In this document: positions 1 through 35,199 of the stretch, one piece after another
Layout of the letters: each line of letters opens with the position of its first letter
How positions within the stretch are numbered: the first letter of the stretch is position 1
Assembly (NCBI GenBank): GCA_051294375.1
Contig: CM119268.1
Location: 22,203,976-22,267,975, forward strand
Source of the DNA: Paraspadella gotoi
Taxonomy: Eukaryota > Animalia > Chaetognatha
Direction of reading: 5' to 3'
Length of the DNA stretch: 64,000 bases
Notes under the pieces: model-generated
Database searches by the model: none
The model's input: only the letters and a program-made list of their open reading frames with translations
What the model was told of the DNA's origin: nothing
Translations under genes and position numbers: made by a program

Positions 1-182
1 TAAACTAACTCTTATCTTTAAACATATTTTAAATAAATTTAAACTTAAATGGGGCACTTTTGGTAAATATTTCGCGGGAGGGGGGCATCACACCGCTTTG
101 TTTTTGGAGCTTCGTACCCCACAGGGTCGGCAGGCCTCTGAAAGCAAATGGTCAGTTACTGAAATTGCTACGAGAAACAAAA

Positions 183-242
183 ACTAAAAGATTTGCCATC
201 TACTTGCCATTGACTAAAAGATTTGCCATCTACTTGCCATTG
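183..242. repeat. 30-bp direct tandem duplication
   Basis: ACTAAAAGATTTGCCATCTACTTGCCATTG occurs twice, back to back. Confidence 0.9.
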
Positions 243-674
243 ACTGGCTGTTCATTGACTGGCTTCGTAAAGATGCTAAGGTTGAGCGACCTTCGTCTTT
301 GTCCTTCAAAATCACATTGATTGGTTAACGATTTTTAGTCCAAAACTTTTAATCCATCGACTTTTTCATTCCTTTAATTTCGAATTTCACGTTTTGCTTT
401 TAAAAGATCAACTCATTCCTTTGACCAGTGAATTCTAAATATTTTTTTTCTATCGCTTACGGAAATTTTCACGCGAATGACTAACCCTTCTATTAGAAAC
501 ATTAACATTTAAATTCTTACTACGTCACAAACTGTCACTGACACAATTTTAAAAATATTCGCTTCCCCTCCCCCATTTCCCTTATCACTCCTACCGTCCA
601 CCCTCTCATCTCTTTCACCACCCAACACTCCGCCCACCCAACCCCACACGGGGACACCCCTCTCCCTTCGAAAG

Positions 675-1042
675 ACAAACTTCTCCCGGTCACCCAACCA
701 CTCCCACCTCCCGTGGCGCACCCTCCTCCACCCCCTCGTCCACCTCCGCTTTGGCCACCAAATCCGGGATCGGAAAAAGTCATTCATCCGACGCCATCGT
801 CGCCGCCGCCTCCGCCTCCGCCGCCTCCTCAAAGAAGCCGGCGGGAATCGCCGCCGTTGCCGCTGTCGGGAAACGCTCCTCGCCCAATCTCTCGTCGACG
901 AAGGAGCGAAACGTGGGCGGCGGCGGAAGTGGATCGTCCAAGTTGGCTCAAAGATGAGGGGAGAGCGAGGTGGGATATCAGGCTGCAGCGCGGATCGGGT
1001 ATTGGGCAATTTTATTCGCAGTGTTTTTTTTTCCTTTTGTAA
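675..1042 (+). CDS. Probable terminal exon of an upstream + strand gene, encoding a proline-rich C-terminus
   Basis: GC-rich island after a pyrimidine tract and AAG acceptor at 674. Frame reads KLLPVTQPLPPPVAHPPPPPRPP...EVDRPSWLKDE...QCFFFLL*. No recognisable domain, and the frame is not certain. Confidence 0.4.
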
Positions 1043-2709
1043 TTAACTATAATTTTAGTGGACAATCACTAATTAATCCGCGCTGTAGCCACTTCCCTTT
1101 TTACAACATCGAATGTGATAGGCTAGAATTAAATAAATACTATTCGTCCGCAAAAAAAAAGCTACGTATCTTTAGAACCGTTTGACGGCCGCCATGTTTA
1201 TTTTTATTCGTTTGTGTTTAGTTATGTTTTTTAAAAAAGAATATTTTTTCGTTGTTTTTTTTCATAAAAAATCGAAAGAAAATCGGCTCAGAAATTTTGT
1301 GTTTTGTTCATCTGTTTCGCTGTAAAACGCTTTCAGTTTCTCCCGTGAGAGGGATTCTCCGGCGATCGGCTATCACAAGATGTGTAGTAAATATAGTGTA
1401 TAACCGTTAAAGGTTTTCATTTTATTATTGTATATCAAACAAAAAAACGTGGCTAATATAAAGCTAAAACGCTAGGATCGTCGTCTCGTCTTTAGACAAA
1501 ATGTGTTGACAAGCGTCGCTCGTTCGCACGCGAAAAAAAAAAAAAAATACCGGGGAGGGACAACGTAAACCGCAAAACCCTTACTTCACTTACCTTTGCC
1601 ACTTTTCCCCACCCTTCTATACCAGTTTCTTCTCTTCCTCACCCTTCTATACCTCTCTCTCCTCCCCTCGCAAAAACTAGTCGGTTTCCCCCCTCATCTG
1701 TCCCGAATAAAATTACTTATTGTCTGAATGTTATTTGAACCAGATGTACTTTCTATTCCTATTTACATATATTTCGTCGTGGTGGATAGAAAAAGTATTA
1801 TTTTTACCTACAAAAAAAAAGTAGAAAAAAAATCCCTAACAAAAAAATGGAAACATGAATTGGCAGTTTTTTTCCCCTTATTGATCATTTATCTGTAAAA
1901 GATATCGGATGATTTTTTCGTCTCTTGTTCACGTATTTTTAGGAAACATTATCAAAAAAAATAAACTAACGAAAAAAATGAACGCTTTCTAGATTTTCGC
2001 ATACGTTTAAAACATTATTTCTGTGAAATAATGGCTTCGTGTAATGTTTCAATTTTATGAAATGAACGAATTAAAAAAAAAAACCTAACTCGGCATTGAA
2101 CGATCGTTTATTTTAATTAACATTTATCACGATAGTTAAATAACAAGGAGAATTGTGAAGGAAGTGTAGTAGTGTATTACGAAAAGAAAATAAAACTTAA
2201 GAAACGACGGATCAATTATTCACAAACGAAAAAAAAATTGACAGAAAACGGGGATATTTATTTTCACTAAGTTAATTATCATTGGAGACAAAAATGACCG
2301 CCATGGGTGGATGGAGTAGATGGACAGCAAACGCCTCTTCGCGGTAAAACAAATTACTAACCACAGGACAAGATCGAGAATTAAAAGAGAAAAAACAAGA
2401 CTGCCATCTGCGGGGAGAAAGAGGAATGAAAACGTCTCTAGACAAAAGAATTAAGATTCGAAATGGGAATTAGGATATTTCTTTCTAATAAAAAAAAATA
2501 TATTTGCAGCGCCCCCAAAAAATATATTTTTCTCTCAGGCCTAAAATAGTAAACTTCTTCGAGTCTCCGACATTTTAAAACGGACAAAAGTCAAACCGGA
2601 GCCTTAAACACAGAGGGCGCGCGATAAAGAAATTAACCGAATACGAAATAACAGAAATTCGACGCGTGACATTTGACTCCGTCGCGTCACTCTCTCTCTA
2701 TCCTCCACT

Positions 2710-5700
2710 TCAAACGATGGGCGCGGCGCTGAAGCAGAGCTTGATGATGAAGGGACTGTTCTTCCTGGTGGAGCGGTCCCGGTCGCGTTCGCCTTCCTTG
2801 AGGACGCGACCGTCGGGTCGAACCGTCAAGTGATTCGAGAGGCAGATGGCGTCCGTGGCGTCGCGTTTGGAATCCCATTGGAGGAGACCCGATGAACTTC
2901 GGTTGCTTGATTTGGCGGGGAACACCTGGAGAGAGGAGGAGAGAGAGGAGGAAGAGGGGAGAGAGAGGAGAAAGAGGTGGAGGAAAAAAGGGGGAGCAAA
3001 AATGGGAGAGTGAGGGAGAAAATTGGGAAGAAAGATGGGGAGGAAAAATGGGAGGAAAGGAAGAAAGATGGGGAGGAAAAATGGGAGGAAAGGGAGAAAA
3101 AATGGGAGGGAACGGTATGGGGGAAAGAAAAAAAAATAAAAGGAAGAAATTCAATAAAAATTATCGAAACTTTTTAACGAACGAAACAATAGAAAATCTG
3201 TTCTAATATCCTAATCGAGCCTCTCTCTATCCCGACCTTACCTCCCAAACCCAACACTCTTCGACTAACTTACCTTAACCTTCTCCGGCTTTTCGCAACC
3301 AGCGTCGATGAGGACGGCGACAATATCCTCTTCCTCCCAATCGAGCGGAGCGTTGAAGTAGTGGAGGATCTCGCCCGGCGGCTGGATCCGGTTCTTGGCC
3401 GCCATATCGGGGGTGCTGAACCGGTTGTTCTTGTTCCCCATGTAGTCCACGAAGGCGGGGGTGCCATCCTGGGGGTTGGTGGGGTTTTGATGAATGTAAA
3501 GAAATGGATCAAGTTTGAAGAAAGGAAGAAAAAGAGTTGACACCTTAAGTTCGCCGGGGTTGGCCTGATCCTGGAGGAAGGATTGCTTGGAGTAGGTGAT
3601 CTAAAAAAAAAAAAGGGATTCATTATTAAATATTTATTACTTTATATATAAAATAGTAAATCTAATAAATTCACCTGGAATCTATGTTCGAATGCCGTCA
3701 TGTTGTTAAGATTTTGTAGGACTCGTTCACAACCGGCGGCGTCGCCCATCTAAAAAACAAAGTGAAAAATATTTGACGCCGTTAATGGATCCCAACCGAG
3801 CACCGCAGCTCGGAATTGCAGACACGGACTGATCATTAAATCCCCATCCAGCACCGCAGCCCTCAAATTGCCGACCTGGACCATAGCGGCGCCGTCCTTG
3901 CTCTTGAGGAACTTGATCCTGACCACGTTTCCGTAGAGGCAGACGAGATTGAAGAGTCGATCGCAGTTCATCTGATCAGGATTCATTCCGTAGAACATGA
4001 GGACGCAATTCTGTTGCGGAGCCGCGTTGCCGCCCGCGATGCCTTGTCCGCCGCCCAGCAGCGCCATCTAAAAGCCAAATTCCATTTTAATTCCAATTTA
4101 ATTCATAATTAAAACTTTAATAATGACGCTTCCCGCGAACCTGCGGACCGTTGAAGCCGCGATCCCTGCCGCCGCCACCGCCGCCGCCGCGACCGTCCAT
4201 ATCCATGTCCATGTCCATGTAGCCTTTAGAAAAAGGATATTAAAATAGAACAAAATCAATGAGAAGAGAAAAAAGGAAAGGAAAATCTCAAAGGTGGAAC
4301 TCACCTCTGCCCAACCTTCCCATGGCCTCTGCAACTACCATGGCGTCGAATCCTCTACCGCCCCTCATGTCGTCGAACATTCCGCCGCCGCCCCCGCCGC
4401 CGCCTCCATGGCGCATTCCGCGATCCATCCAACGATCCTGACCAAATAAAGAGCGGGGGGAGTTTGAAAAAAAGGGCGAGGGGATAAATTTGAATACGAG
4501 ACGAGAAAAAAAGCAAAGTAGCGATGCCATTTCTCATCAAGTTGCGTTGCCATCTCTCATCCCATCTCCAAAACTCACTCCTCTTCCTCTGTCATCCAAA
4601 TCCATCTGCATTCGCCCGCCGCCGCCGCCGTAATTATCGTAGCCTCCGTCGTATCGACCCATCGGGCCGCCGCCGCCGCCGCCCATGTCGTAACCGCCGT
4701 CTCGACCGAAAGGGCGCGGGGGACCCAAGTCTGGATCGGCCAAGAGAGGACGTCCACGGTAGTCGTTAGTTTCGGATCGGCCTGACATAAATGGTGGGTG
4801 GGGAGAAATAGGGGACAAAAATACAAAAGATAAGAGGATTTCAATTTGAAAAAATAAAATCGTAATTTTTAGATCATAATTTTATTAAAAAGAAAAAAAT
4901 TCTACAGTAAGAGGCAACAAAAAAAAAACAACATTTGACAGTAATTCAGATTTAATCGCGATATAATAATTGAGAGAAAAGAGAAAGGTATAAAGTTCCG
5001 CTAAAGATAAAGCCGCCAAGTTTTCATACTTTACCATATCACAATAAGGGACGTTTTTTTTTAAGTAGAGAGAAGGGATTGAGGGATAGATTCTCCTCCG
5101 TTTCCCCGTTGGATTCTCAGTTTTGTTTTCAGGTCCGCCGCCGCGGGCGCTGAAGTCGTCTCCTTTTGTCTTTAAGACAAAGTAAATCAAAGACAAAAAT
5201 ATGTTAATTATTTACGCTATTATAATCCGCCTTAAAAAGATTCATTTATATCGCTCTATTAGGTAAAGGTTGATAAATTTTGTGGTAAATGCATTAATTA
5301 TGTGGTTTAATTATGTAAAAATATGGATAATGAGCCCAATATTGCTTTTGTTAAGTTTATCAAATTGTGTAAAGATTTAACAATTGTTTTTGTGAAAGAA
5401 AACAAATTATAAAATGTGGGTATATGAAGATCATAAGCAATTCCTCAAAAGTTCCGAACATCCATCGCCCATCAAAGCAAACACCACCATCTCAAACCAT
5501 TTCTCACGATTTCTCGTAATCTCTGAAACATTAAGTTAACCACATTTTATAATTTGTCGCCCTTTTGTTATAAAATGTCATTATATGAGGGCAAATGTTG
5601 TATCAGTGAAATCAACCAAGACCTAACAGTAATAAGGAAGGTACGGTATTTCCGATCGAGCTGTGGCAGGAGGTGAAGAGTGGCGTCGAATCTGTGGCGC

Positions 5701-8700
5701 GTCTGTGGCGCTGGAGAAGATGCGTCTGTGGCGCTGGAGAAGATGCGTCCATTTGCGTTGGGTGATGGAGGAGAAGCTGTGGAAGGGTCTTTGACTTCGG
5801 AGGAAACAGGAAATCATGTCGTGGACCGACGGACCGAGTTGAGGACAAGTTGAGACACGTCGATGTCCGCGGCTTTGATGTCAAAACACGTGAATGGCGC
5901 CGCGAATGAGCGAAGCGGCAAAGAAGTGATAAGAGTTTGAATGGCGAGATCACGAAGCGACGATCTGTGTTGACGACTTCGTGGTGGAGACTTTATTTTT
6001 TGTTTTCTTGTTTTGTTTTTAAGTGTTTTTTTGAAAAAAATACATGTAATGTAGTCGATCAAAAAATGGAACTCGTTAACGTTTGAACGAAATACAGAGC
6101 ACTTGGTTTTAAAACCTAATACGCTAATATAAGTTTTTTTCTGAACCGGTTACAAATCATCTGGTGATCAAAATTTAAAACAATGGAAATAAACGAAAAA
6201 TTACTAAAAAAATTCATGCTCGACAAGTCCTGCGGGAAAAAAATGTCATGGTGTATGGGGCTCAAAAAGAATTAAGAAATTACAATTATAATCTCGATGG
6301 TGATGAAATGGAATCTGAAATGAAATGACTATTGTGCAAAGCAATAAAGTGAAACCAGCTGCGAAAAACAATCTTGAGATTAACCGATTAAGTATAGAGT
6401 GCGCGGGTTCATCGATCGTGAAATGATTTCTTGTCTGAGTCAGACAGTCTGACCGGTCACTCGCGCGGAAATCCAAAGTTTTATTTTAATTCATGGACAC
6501 AATGAAGGCGTCGCGGTGGGGCGTCGGCCGAACGGGGGAAATTAACGAACAATCGGTTGTCATGTCTCATGAGGTAATTGCGGTATGAATTCCCAAAATG
6601 CGTCAAGAATGGCATGGCATTTGATAATGTTTTCAGATTGTTATGGCTCATAACGTAAATGAATGCAATGAAAGCAATATGTATGTAAATGATAAACTCA
6701 CCGACGTTGGGATTAGTGAAGTCCCAGCTCTCGGAATCGTTGCGATAAACGTTTAGTTTCAGCGGCTGGAAAAGAGGGAGCGATACTTTTATACAATTGA
6801 AAAGGTTTATAAAACAATATACTTCATTGAGTTAATAATAGTCCTGATCGAAAGCATTTCTGTCGAAAGTCTTGAAATAGCTTATTTATTAATTGAATAA
6901 ATGGATAATTATGATTATAATTATGATTGAATTTAGAAAAAAAAATAGTATTCAAATGTCATTGATTGCGATGACACAGATTAGGAAAAAAAGAATGAAA
7001 AAAAATTAATCATCGGTAAAATAAATTTACAGTACAAGCATACATTTCCGTTCCGACTCCTCACCCATCAGCCGTGACTCACCTTGGCGTACTCGATCTT
7101 GAGCGTGCAGCAGCCAGAGTAAACGTCGGCGCCCTGGAGTTCCTTCTTGGCGCAAATGGCGGCGTCGACAGAATCGAACTCCACCATCGACTGCAGAACA
7201 GATTTGCGGAAGATGACGATGCGGGCGACTTCGCCGAAGGGTTTGCAGATCGTGTGCATCACTTCCTGAAAACGGAGAGGGGGGGAGGAAGGTCGAATGG
7301 GGGGGGGAGAGGAGGAAGAGGGAAGGAGAAAAGGAGGGAGGAAAAGAGCACAAGTAGAATTCATTGCGAAAAATTATGAAAGCAGTGAAACTAATTAGAA
7401 ATCAAGGGAGAGGCTATATTAACCTTTTGTTGTATAGTTGATCAGTATTTCCAGAAGACAAGACTAACCAGTAACCACTCTCAACAATAATATAAATTTA
7501 ATTGTTATACTTAGTTTGAAACAAAGTACAGGGAGGTCCAGGTCAAATAGGACTAACTTCAAGTGCTTACAGCACAAAAACAGTTAATGATGAAAAAAAA
7601 ACTATTTGGAAACTAAACTAAATTTTATTTATATCGAAAACGTTTAGTAAATCCAACAGTAACTCCTGTAATTGATGCTTTTTGCATTACATTGTGGACG
7701 AACAACAACACGCAACCTCGGTCAAACCATTTAACCTTACCCAACTTACCCTCGATCAATTTCCCTCATTAAATTAAATACCAATAAAACTATTCTTACA
7801 CTAAAACTTGTTGCGTCCACATATCATATTTTTTCGTAACACTTCCTTACAAAGTTTTAAGAAATTTTAACAAAAATCAAGATGTAAGATGTTGACTAGT
7901 AACTTTTAACCGCGGAATTTTTCTGACTACAATCCTCTTGATTAATGAAAACGTAGGATAGAGAAGCAGAATGTCCCACTCATACCCTCCAAAACTTGAC
8001 ATCCTAACAACAACAAATGATAATAATGACAGTATTCCCGATGAGCGTAGTCGCAAAAGCCTGTGCCACCTTCTCTGGACACTTAGAGAAGAAGGTCATG
8101 GTTGATGAATAAATTTTTTTAATTGATTGTATTATTTTTACAATTTTTTACATGTGTACCAAATTACATACGATTATTCTTTTATTTACCCATCCAAACT
8201 ATTTTTTTAATTTAGTCCCAACAGAGCTGGACCTCCCCTGTATATTTTCTGAAGTATGGTATTTAGAGTATAGCAAAACAACCTTGTTACTTTCATAATA
8301 AAACCTCAATGCTCATAGACAGAGTAGTATCTAAATTAAAATAAAGTTTCCTCACCACGGTGATGGGATAAAGTGGTTTTGAGACGGTGAAAAGAAGGAC
8401 GTTGTGTTCGCGACGACGATCCTTCACGTCTCCGCCGGAAGATTCGCTGTGAGAAACAAAAGTGGAGGAAAGATATTTCACCATTGCACAAAATTAAAAA
8501 GAGAGAAAGAGATTACTAACTGTCTATCTCCCTTGGAGGGAACGTCGATCTTGCTGCTCTTGGAATAGTTGAAGAGGGCGGGGTGATTGCTGATGAAGAT
8601 GGTGTCCGTCTGCGATCGACGGACTAGATTCATCGAAGAGTCCACAGATTCGAATTCAACCAAAGCTGAGATTAAATATTAAATAATAAGTTAATATAAA

Positions 8701-9199
8701 GATACGTCGAAAAAAGCTTGGCCGAAAAATGAGAAAATGAACAAACTGAAAACAAGAAAGATATGAAAAAAAAAGTATGAACATTAAAACAGACGATTTT
8801 CTTAGAAATAAGAAAAATCAAAAGGAAAACTAACTTAACTTGCAAAAAATAAAACTGCTCACCCTGATGTTTCCTGTTCATCATGAAAATGTTGACGATT
8901 TTTCCGAATCGACTCAAAACGTCGAAAATATCAGACTCGAGGACGCCAGGGTGCAGCGAACGCACGTGAACGACCGGCGACGGCTCCTGCCTGTGATCAT
9001 CGTCCGACTTACGTTTGTCACGGTCCTCGAAACGGTCCTGGGTATAAAAACGAAGTGATCAAACATTCAATGTCCCTGAGAACCTTTAATAATGTTCATT
9101 ATTCGTTGTTTTTCAACTCACTCTGGACCCGGACTGGACACCGTGACCATCGATATTGGTCCTCAGCTTCTTGGACGCGTGCCCGTCGTAGCTTGACAT
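2710..9199 (-). CDS. HNRNPL: Heterogeneous nuclear ribonucleoprotein L (four RRMs), 14 coding exons
   Basis: GT-AG exons in consistent phase: 9199-9122, 9037-8863, 8665-8521, 8446-8356, 7265-7083, 6765-6702, 4781-4579, 4437-4305, 4223-4141, 4067-3876, 3749-3675, 3600-3544, 3468-3274, 2925-2710. hnRNP L hallmarks: SPVVHVR, GADVYSGCCTLKIEYAKP, MNCDRLFNLVCLYGNV, NNRFSTPDMAAKNRIQPP, SSSGLLQW, KLCFS. An in-frame upstream ATG exists at 9388. Confidence 0.93.
7529..8240. mobile_element. Tc1/mariner-type non-autonomous element (MITE) in an hnRNP L intron
   Basis: TA|CAGGGAGGTCCAGGTCAAATAGGACTAA ... TTAGTCCCAACAGAGCTGGACCTCCCCTG|TA: imperfect terminal inverted repeats of about 28 bp, TA flanks, no ORF. 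Confidence 0.65.
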
Positions 9200-9397
9200 A
9201 CTGTCCGTGTCAGATTCAGATTCAGATTCGTCTTCGGCCTTGACAATCAGCTCTAGAACCCGTTTAGGTTTACGCGAGGAAGTCAGAGATTCTGGGGATT
9301 CCTTGCTGTCCTTACTGGTCTTGCTGCTCTTGTCCACAGTTTCGACTTCGTGCTGCACAGAACATTTGCTATGAGGTTGAATGCGCATGATCTTCGC

Positions 9398-9448
9398 TCT
9401 GATTGGTGGACAACGAGAGACCGCCGAATCCTCGACGCTGATTGGCTA
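9398..9448 (-). promoter_or_regulatory. Two CCAAT boxes upstream of hnRNP L
   Basis: CTGATTGG occurs at about 9398 and 9438 (CCAATCAG on the - strand), 200-250 bp above the ATG at 9199. Confidence 0.45.
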
Positions 9449-9994
9449 GATTTCGAAAAGCTCTTCCACGAGAGAACGCCACGCGTACTGAACTTTCGGT
9501 TAAAAGCGGAGGTGAAATGAACAGCGGAAAAGTAAATTAGCCTTTTAAAAAAGTAGACCAAGTCTGAAATTAAGATAAACTTAATTATGAAGTTTTAGTA
9601 GCTCGTTAGACACCGTTCTAAACTGTCCATGGTAACTATTGAAAAAAATGGACGTCGTGGACATATAATCTCTATATTACAATGTGGACAACAGAATGGC
9701 GAAGATGTAAAACCTTGGTTTTGTTAGTGTACGATACAAATGTATGAGAATTGTGGATAAAGTGAAAAAAAAGCTATTTCTTATTTAACAGGAGCCGGTG
9801 GGCGAGTTATTTCGGCCCCGGTTAAACAAAGAAATCGAGAAAAGAATTTTCTTAGAAGTTGGGTATGACATACGGTTATTTTCTACAATGAAAATACGTT
9901 TTATCGTCACGATTATGTATTTGGCAGTGAAGATAAGAGGACGTAAATCGAATGGAGAAAATCTACTATTTTAAATAAAATAAAAAGGTTACTC

Positions 9995-20557
<10,563 letters not shown>

Positions 20558-20836
20558 CTGTACACGACGGGCGGCGGGAAAACATAACGGACGAATTACG
20601 CCCAAACGTAAAGTCCTCTCTCTCTCTCCTCTCTCATCTCTCTCTCTCTCTTCTCTCTCCATCATCTCTCTCTCTCTCTACGTTTGGCCATCACAATGAA
20701 CTGAGTTGCCGTCCTTCTTCAATCATCCTCGACGTTCAAATCTTAGTCTCCCCCGTCGCACATTAGCGTCAACTCTCTCCACACAATACTTCCTCTCTCT
20801 CGCTCTCTCCTCTCCTCTCCTCTCTCTCTCTCACTC

Positions 20837-20888
<52 letters not shown>

Positions 20889-21703
20889 TCCGACAAGGAC
20901 TGAGTTATGCAAAAAGATTCTTTTGAGTCGAACCAGTGCGCCGATCGTCCTGTCTTTCTAAAAAAAAAAAATTCTCAGGATGCAAATTTTAGAGAGTCGT
21001 GAGAGTGTTTGTGAGAGTGAATTCTTTTTAGCGAGCGATTTGCGTCGAGAGTGAGAAATGTAATGAAACGTGATACTTTTTAACTTAAAAGTTTTTTTTT
21101 TCTTTTTAAAGAAATACTATTTTTCTATTGTCAAAAAAACGAAAGTTATTGCCTTAAAAAAAGTTTGAGAATTTAGAGTTGACATTGATGAAGAGTGAAA
21201 ATGAAGAGATTGATAGATTTGACATTGACAAAGAGTAAAAGTAGAGATTGTTTAAGATTAAAGGTCATTGAGAGTGAAAGGCTTTTTCGAAACACAATGC
21301 GATGTCTCAGTCTGATTTAAGGAGGAAAAGAAAAGTGAGATAGAAAGAAAGAGCAAAATTTATGTTGTGTCATCGTCATCGCCGTCAGATCAACTTCATC
21401 ATCGTCGTTGTCATCGTCGTCGTCTTCATCATCGTCGTCGTCTTCATCGTCGCCGTCTTCATCATCGTCGTCGTCATCGTCGTCGTCATCCTTTCCTTTT
21501 CTACAAACAAAAGGATAAAAAAATAAAAGGGTCTACGTGAGAAAAGAAATTCTCTTTGACTTAAGATTCAAGATTCCGTCAAGTTTCTCATCTTTTTTTA
21601 CTCTTTTTTTTTTTTTAAATGATGAAAATTATATTATAAAAAATCATGACGCAGGATATCGAAGATCGCAATTACATTCTAATGTAAAGACGACGGACAT
21701 CGA

Positions 21704-21775
21704 AGCAGCGTGGCGCAGTGGGAGCGTGCTGGGCCCATAACCCAGAGGTCGATGGATCGAAACCATCCGCTGCTA
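21704..21775 (+). tRNA. tRNA-iMet: Initiator tRNA-Met (CAT)
   Basis: 72 nt, AGCAGCGTGGCGCAGTGGGAGCGTGCTGGGCCCATAACCCAGAGGTCGATGGATCGAAACCATCCGCTGCTA. It has the A1:U72 pair, the GGG/CCC anticodon stem and the GATCGAAA T-loop typical of eukaryotic initiator tRNA. Confidence 0.98.
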
Positions 21776-21777
21776 CA

Positions 21778-21784
21778 TTTTTTT
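21778..21784 (+). terminator. Pol III oligo-T terminator
   Basis: T7 run 2 nt after the tRNA 3' end. Confidence 0.8.
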
Positions 21785-22278
21785 CCCCTCCGAATTCAGT
21801 TCATTAAAATTAGTAGTGAATAAACTAGACTGTTAGTCTCTTTGGGTTTTCCTGTCTTATTATCTTATAAGTGATTAATGACTTAATCCGTCAAAGCCAA
21901 GCGAAAGATAACTTATTTATTGTTTATGGAGGGATTATTCTATATTTCCAAGAAAATGACTTACCAAGTTTATCTGATTCATATTCTCGAAGACTCCAGT
22001 CACCAAACAGGCTGGAACTGATCGTTCGATTGGATAGTAACTTTTTCGAGACTAGTTTCAGCGTTAACTTTAGGATTTAATCCAAACGTTATTCCTATCA
22101 TTTTTCATTTATTATTACCATTACATCTACTGATATTAGTTAATATTTCTCCTTCATTAACTTTTACACCGAAAAAAAAAAGACTAATCGATAAACCTTT
22201 ACAATAATCGGTCCGAAATTTAAAAAAAAATTAAAACAGCACGAAGGACCCGTGAGACACGTAATCGAACTCGGCCTC

Positions 22279-22323
22279 TGATTGGCCAATAGCGGGACGT
22301 TCCGATTCTCGATCCTCATTGGT
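22279..22323. promoter_or_regulatory. Palindromic double CCAAT box plus a third ATTGG, upstream of TMC
   Basis: ATTGGCCAAT at 22281-22290 and ATTGG at about 22318, in a CpG-richer patch. Confidence 0.45.
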
Positions 22324-22749
22324 CGCATAGAGAAACCTCAAGCGTAATAAATTAGTTTTGATAACCGTAACGATTTTAGCTATTCTAGCGTGTTACCTTT
22401 TAGTCAAATTAGGGGTGCTGTAAAGTATGAATAAAAAGTGGAAAACGTCATAGTTTTGGCTTTAGACCAGGTCCTTGAATCGGGCTTCCAGTTCCTTATC
22501 TCCTGTTTTCTTGTTTTGATTTTGTTTTGGTGACGAATTTTCTAATTTCCTCTTTTTACGAGGAACTTTTGTTCTGGAATTTTCTTTCTATTTTGCCTTC
22601 AATTTTATTTGTCGATTTTTTTTTGATTTTTTTTTATTTCTAACGCGACTTTTAATTGGGTTTTTGTTTTTTTTTGTATTCCTCAAAAAGTGTTTTGTTA
22701 TGCGGAGGTTTAGAATTGACAAAAGGAGATTAAAAAATACTGGATCCTG

Positions 22750-22810
<61 letters not shown>

Positions 22811-23095
22811 GCCTTCGCGTTAATGGAAAATTAAAGCGAAAAATAAACTTTCCCTAACTTTTTCCAACTTTTTTCTACAACAGGCTTTTTATGGCACAAT
22901 AAACTAAATAAAAACTAACTAAAAAGATCTCATTTTCAAACAACAAAAATATATTTTCTCCAAAGAAAAACGAAACTAAAATCGAAACTAAAATCATGCG
23001 CCAAAGAACATACGCCAATATAAAACTAAAACCTTTAAAACGCTTAAATTAAAAAAATCACCTCTGACCCCATTCATTGACCTCCCCCAATCGCC

Positions 23096-34226
<11,131 letters not shown>

Positions 34227-35199
34227 AGTATTTGCAGCATTTGCAGCATTTTATTGCAGCATTCTCCGCATCTAAAGTCCAAGCAGTTGAGGTTTCCGTC
34301 TTTAGTAATTATCAGTGAATCAACTCGAAGTTGAAATTCGTATTCTAATTTTTCAGTGAAACCATATGTAATAATTATTATATTTGTGCGCCTCAATTTG
34401 AAATTCTTATCCGAGGCGTCAAATAAAACGCGTATAACCCGAGTAGTCTATGTCACTTTTGGTTTTTCTAAAAATCATTGTTTTCTTTCAAAAAGATTTT
34501 GGTGAATTTATTGCCGAATCAGCGCTTTTTAAAAATGATTCACATCTGGCATTAACTTTGATTTTTTTTTATGTTGTTGAGTGTTAATAGTATCATTTTG
34601 TGATTTTTTAACCAAATTGTTCCCTACGTGTTGCCAAAGACTTGCATTCGGACTTGCATAAGAATCGCAGAACGTTATGTATCTGTTATCTACTAGTCAA
34701 TGAGTTCAATCTAGTTAAATCATTCTTAACTAAATTCCGTCCTTTATTTATTTATTTATTTATTTATTTATATATTTTGCACTTTGCCAAAGTCTTTGGT
34801 TTGGTAGTTGGTCTTAGCCTTTCACCTTTTAATTTATTATTTTTTCAAAGATGACAGTCATATCAAAGATTTATAATTCCGTCCAGAATATTTTATTGCA
34901 CTTTTTGCCTTGATTTTTCTACAGTTAAAAACCAATTATATCACGATAAAAAAAAAACCAAAAAAAGTGGAAAACACAAAACAGATAAAAAAACAACAAA
35001 ATTACAAAACTTGACATCGAAAGTGAAAATAAACCAAAAGAGACTCGCGTCTTTAGTGAACTCAATCCAACTTGAAAAACGTCTCTCTGAAAAAAAAAAC
35101 TCTCTGACCAGGAATTGTTGCAAAAAAGGTTCAACGAGGATTACGTGATCTTTCCTCCATTTTCTTCGGAGTCTTGATCCATTTTCCCTCTCTTAAGTT

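Noticed and set aside
21362-21500. (GTC/ATC)n tract reading as poly-Val/Ile or poly-Asp
   Set aside because: Simple trinucleotide repeat without convincing splice signals. It is not assignable as the missing first exon of the LDLa gene.
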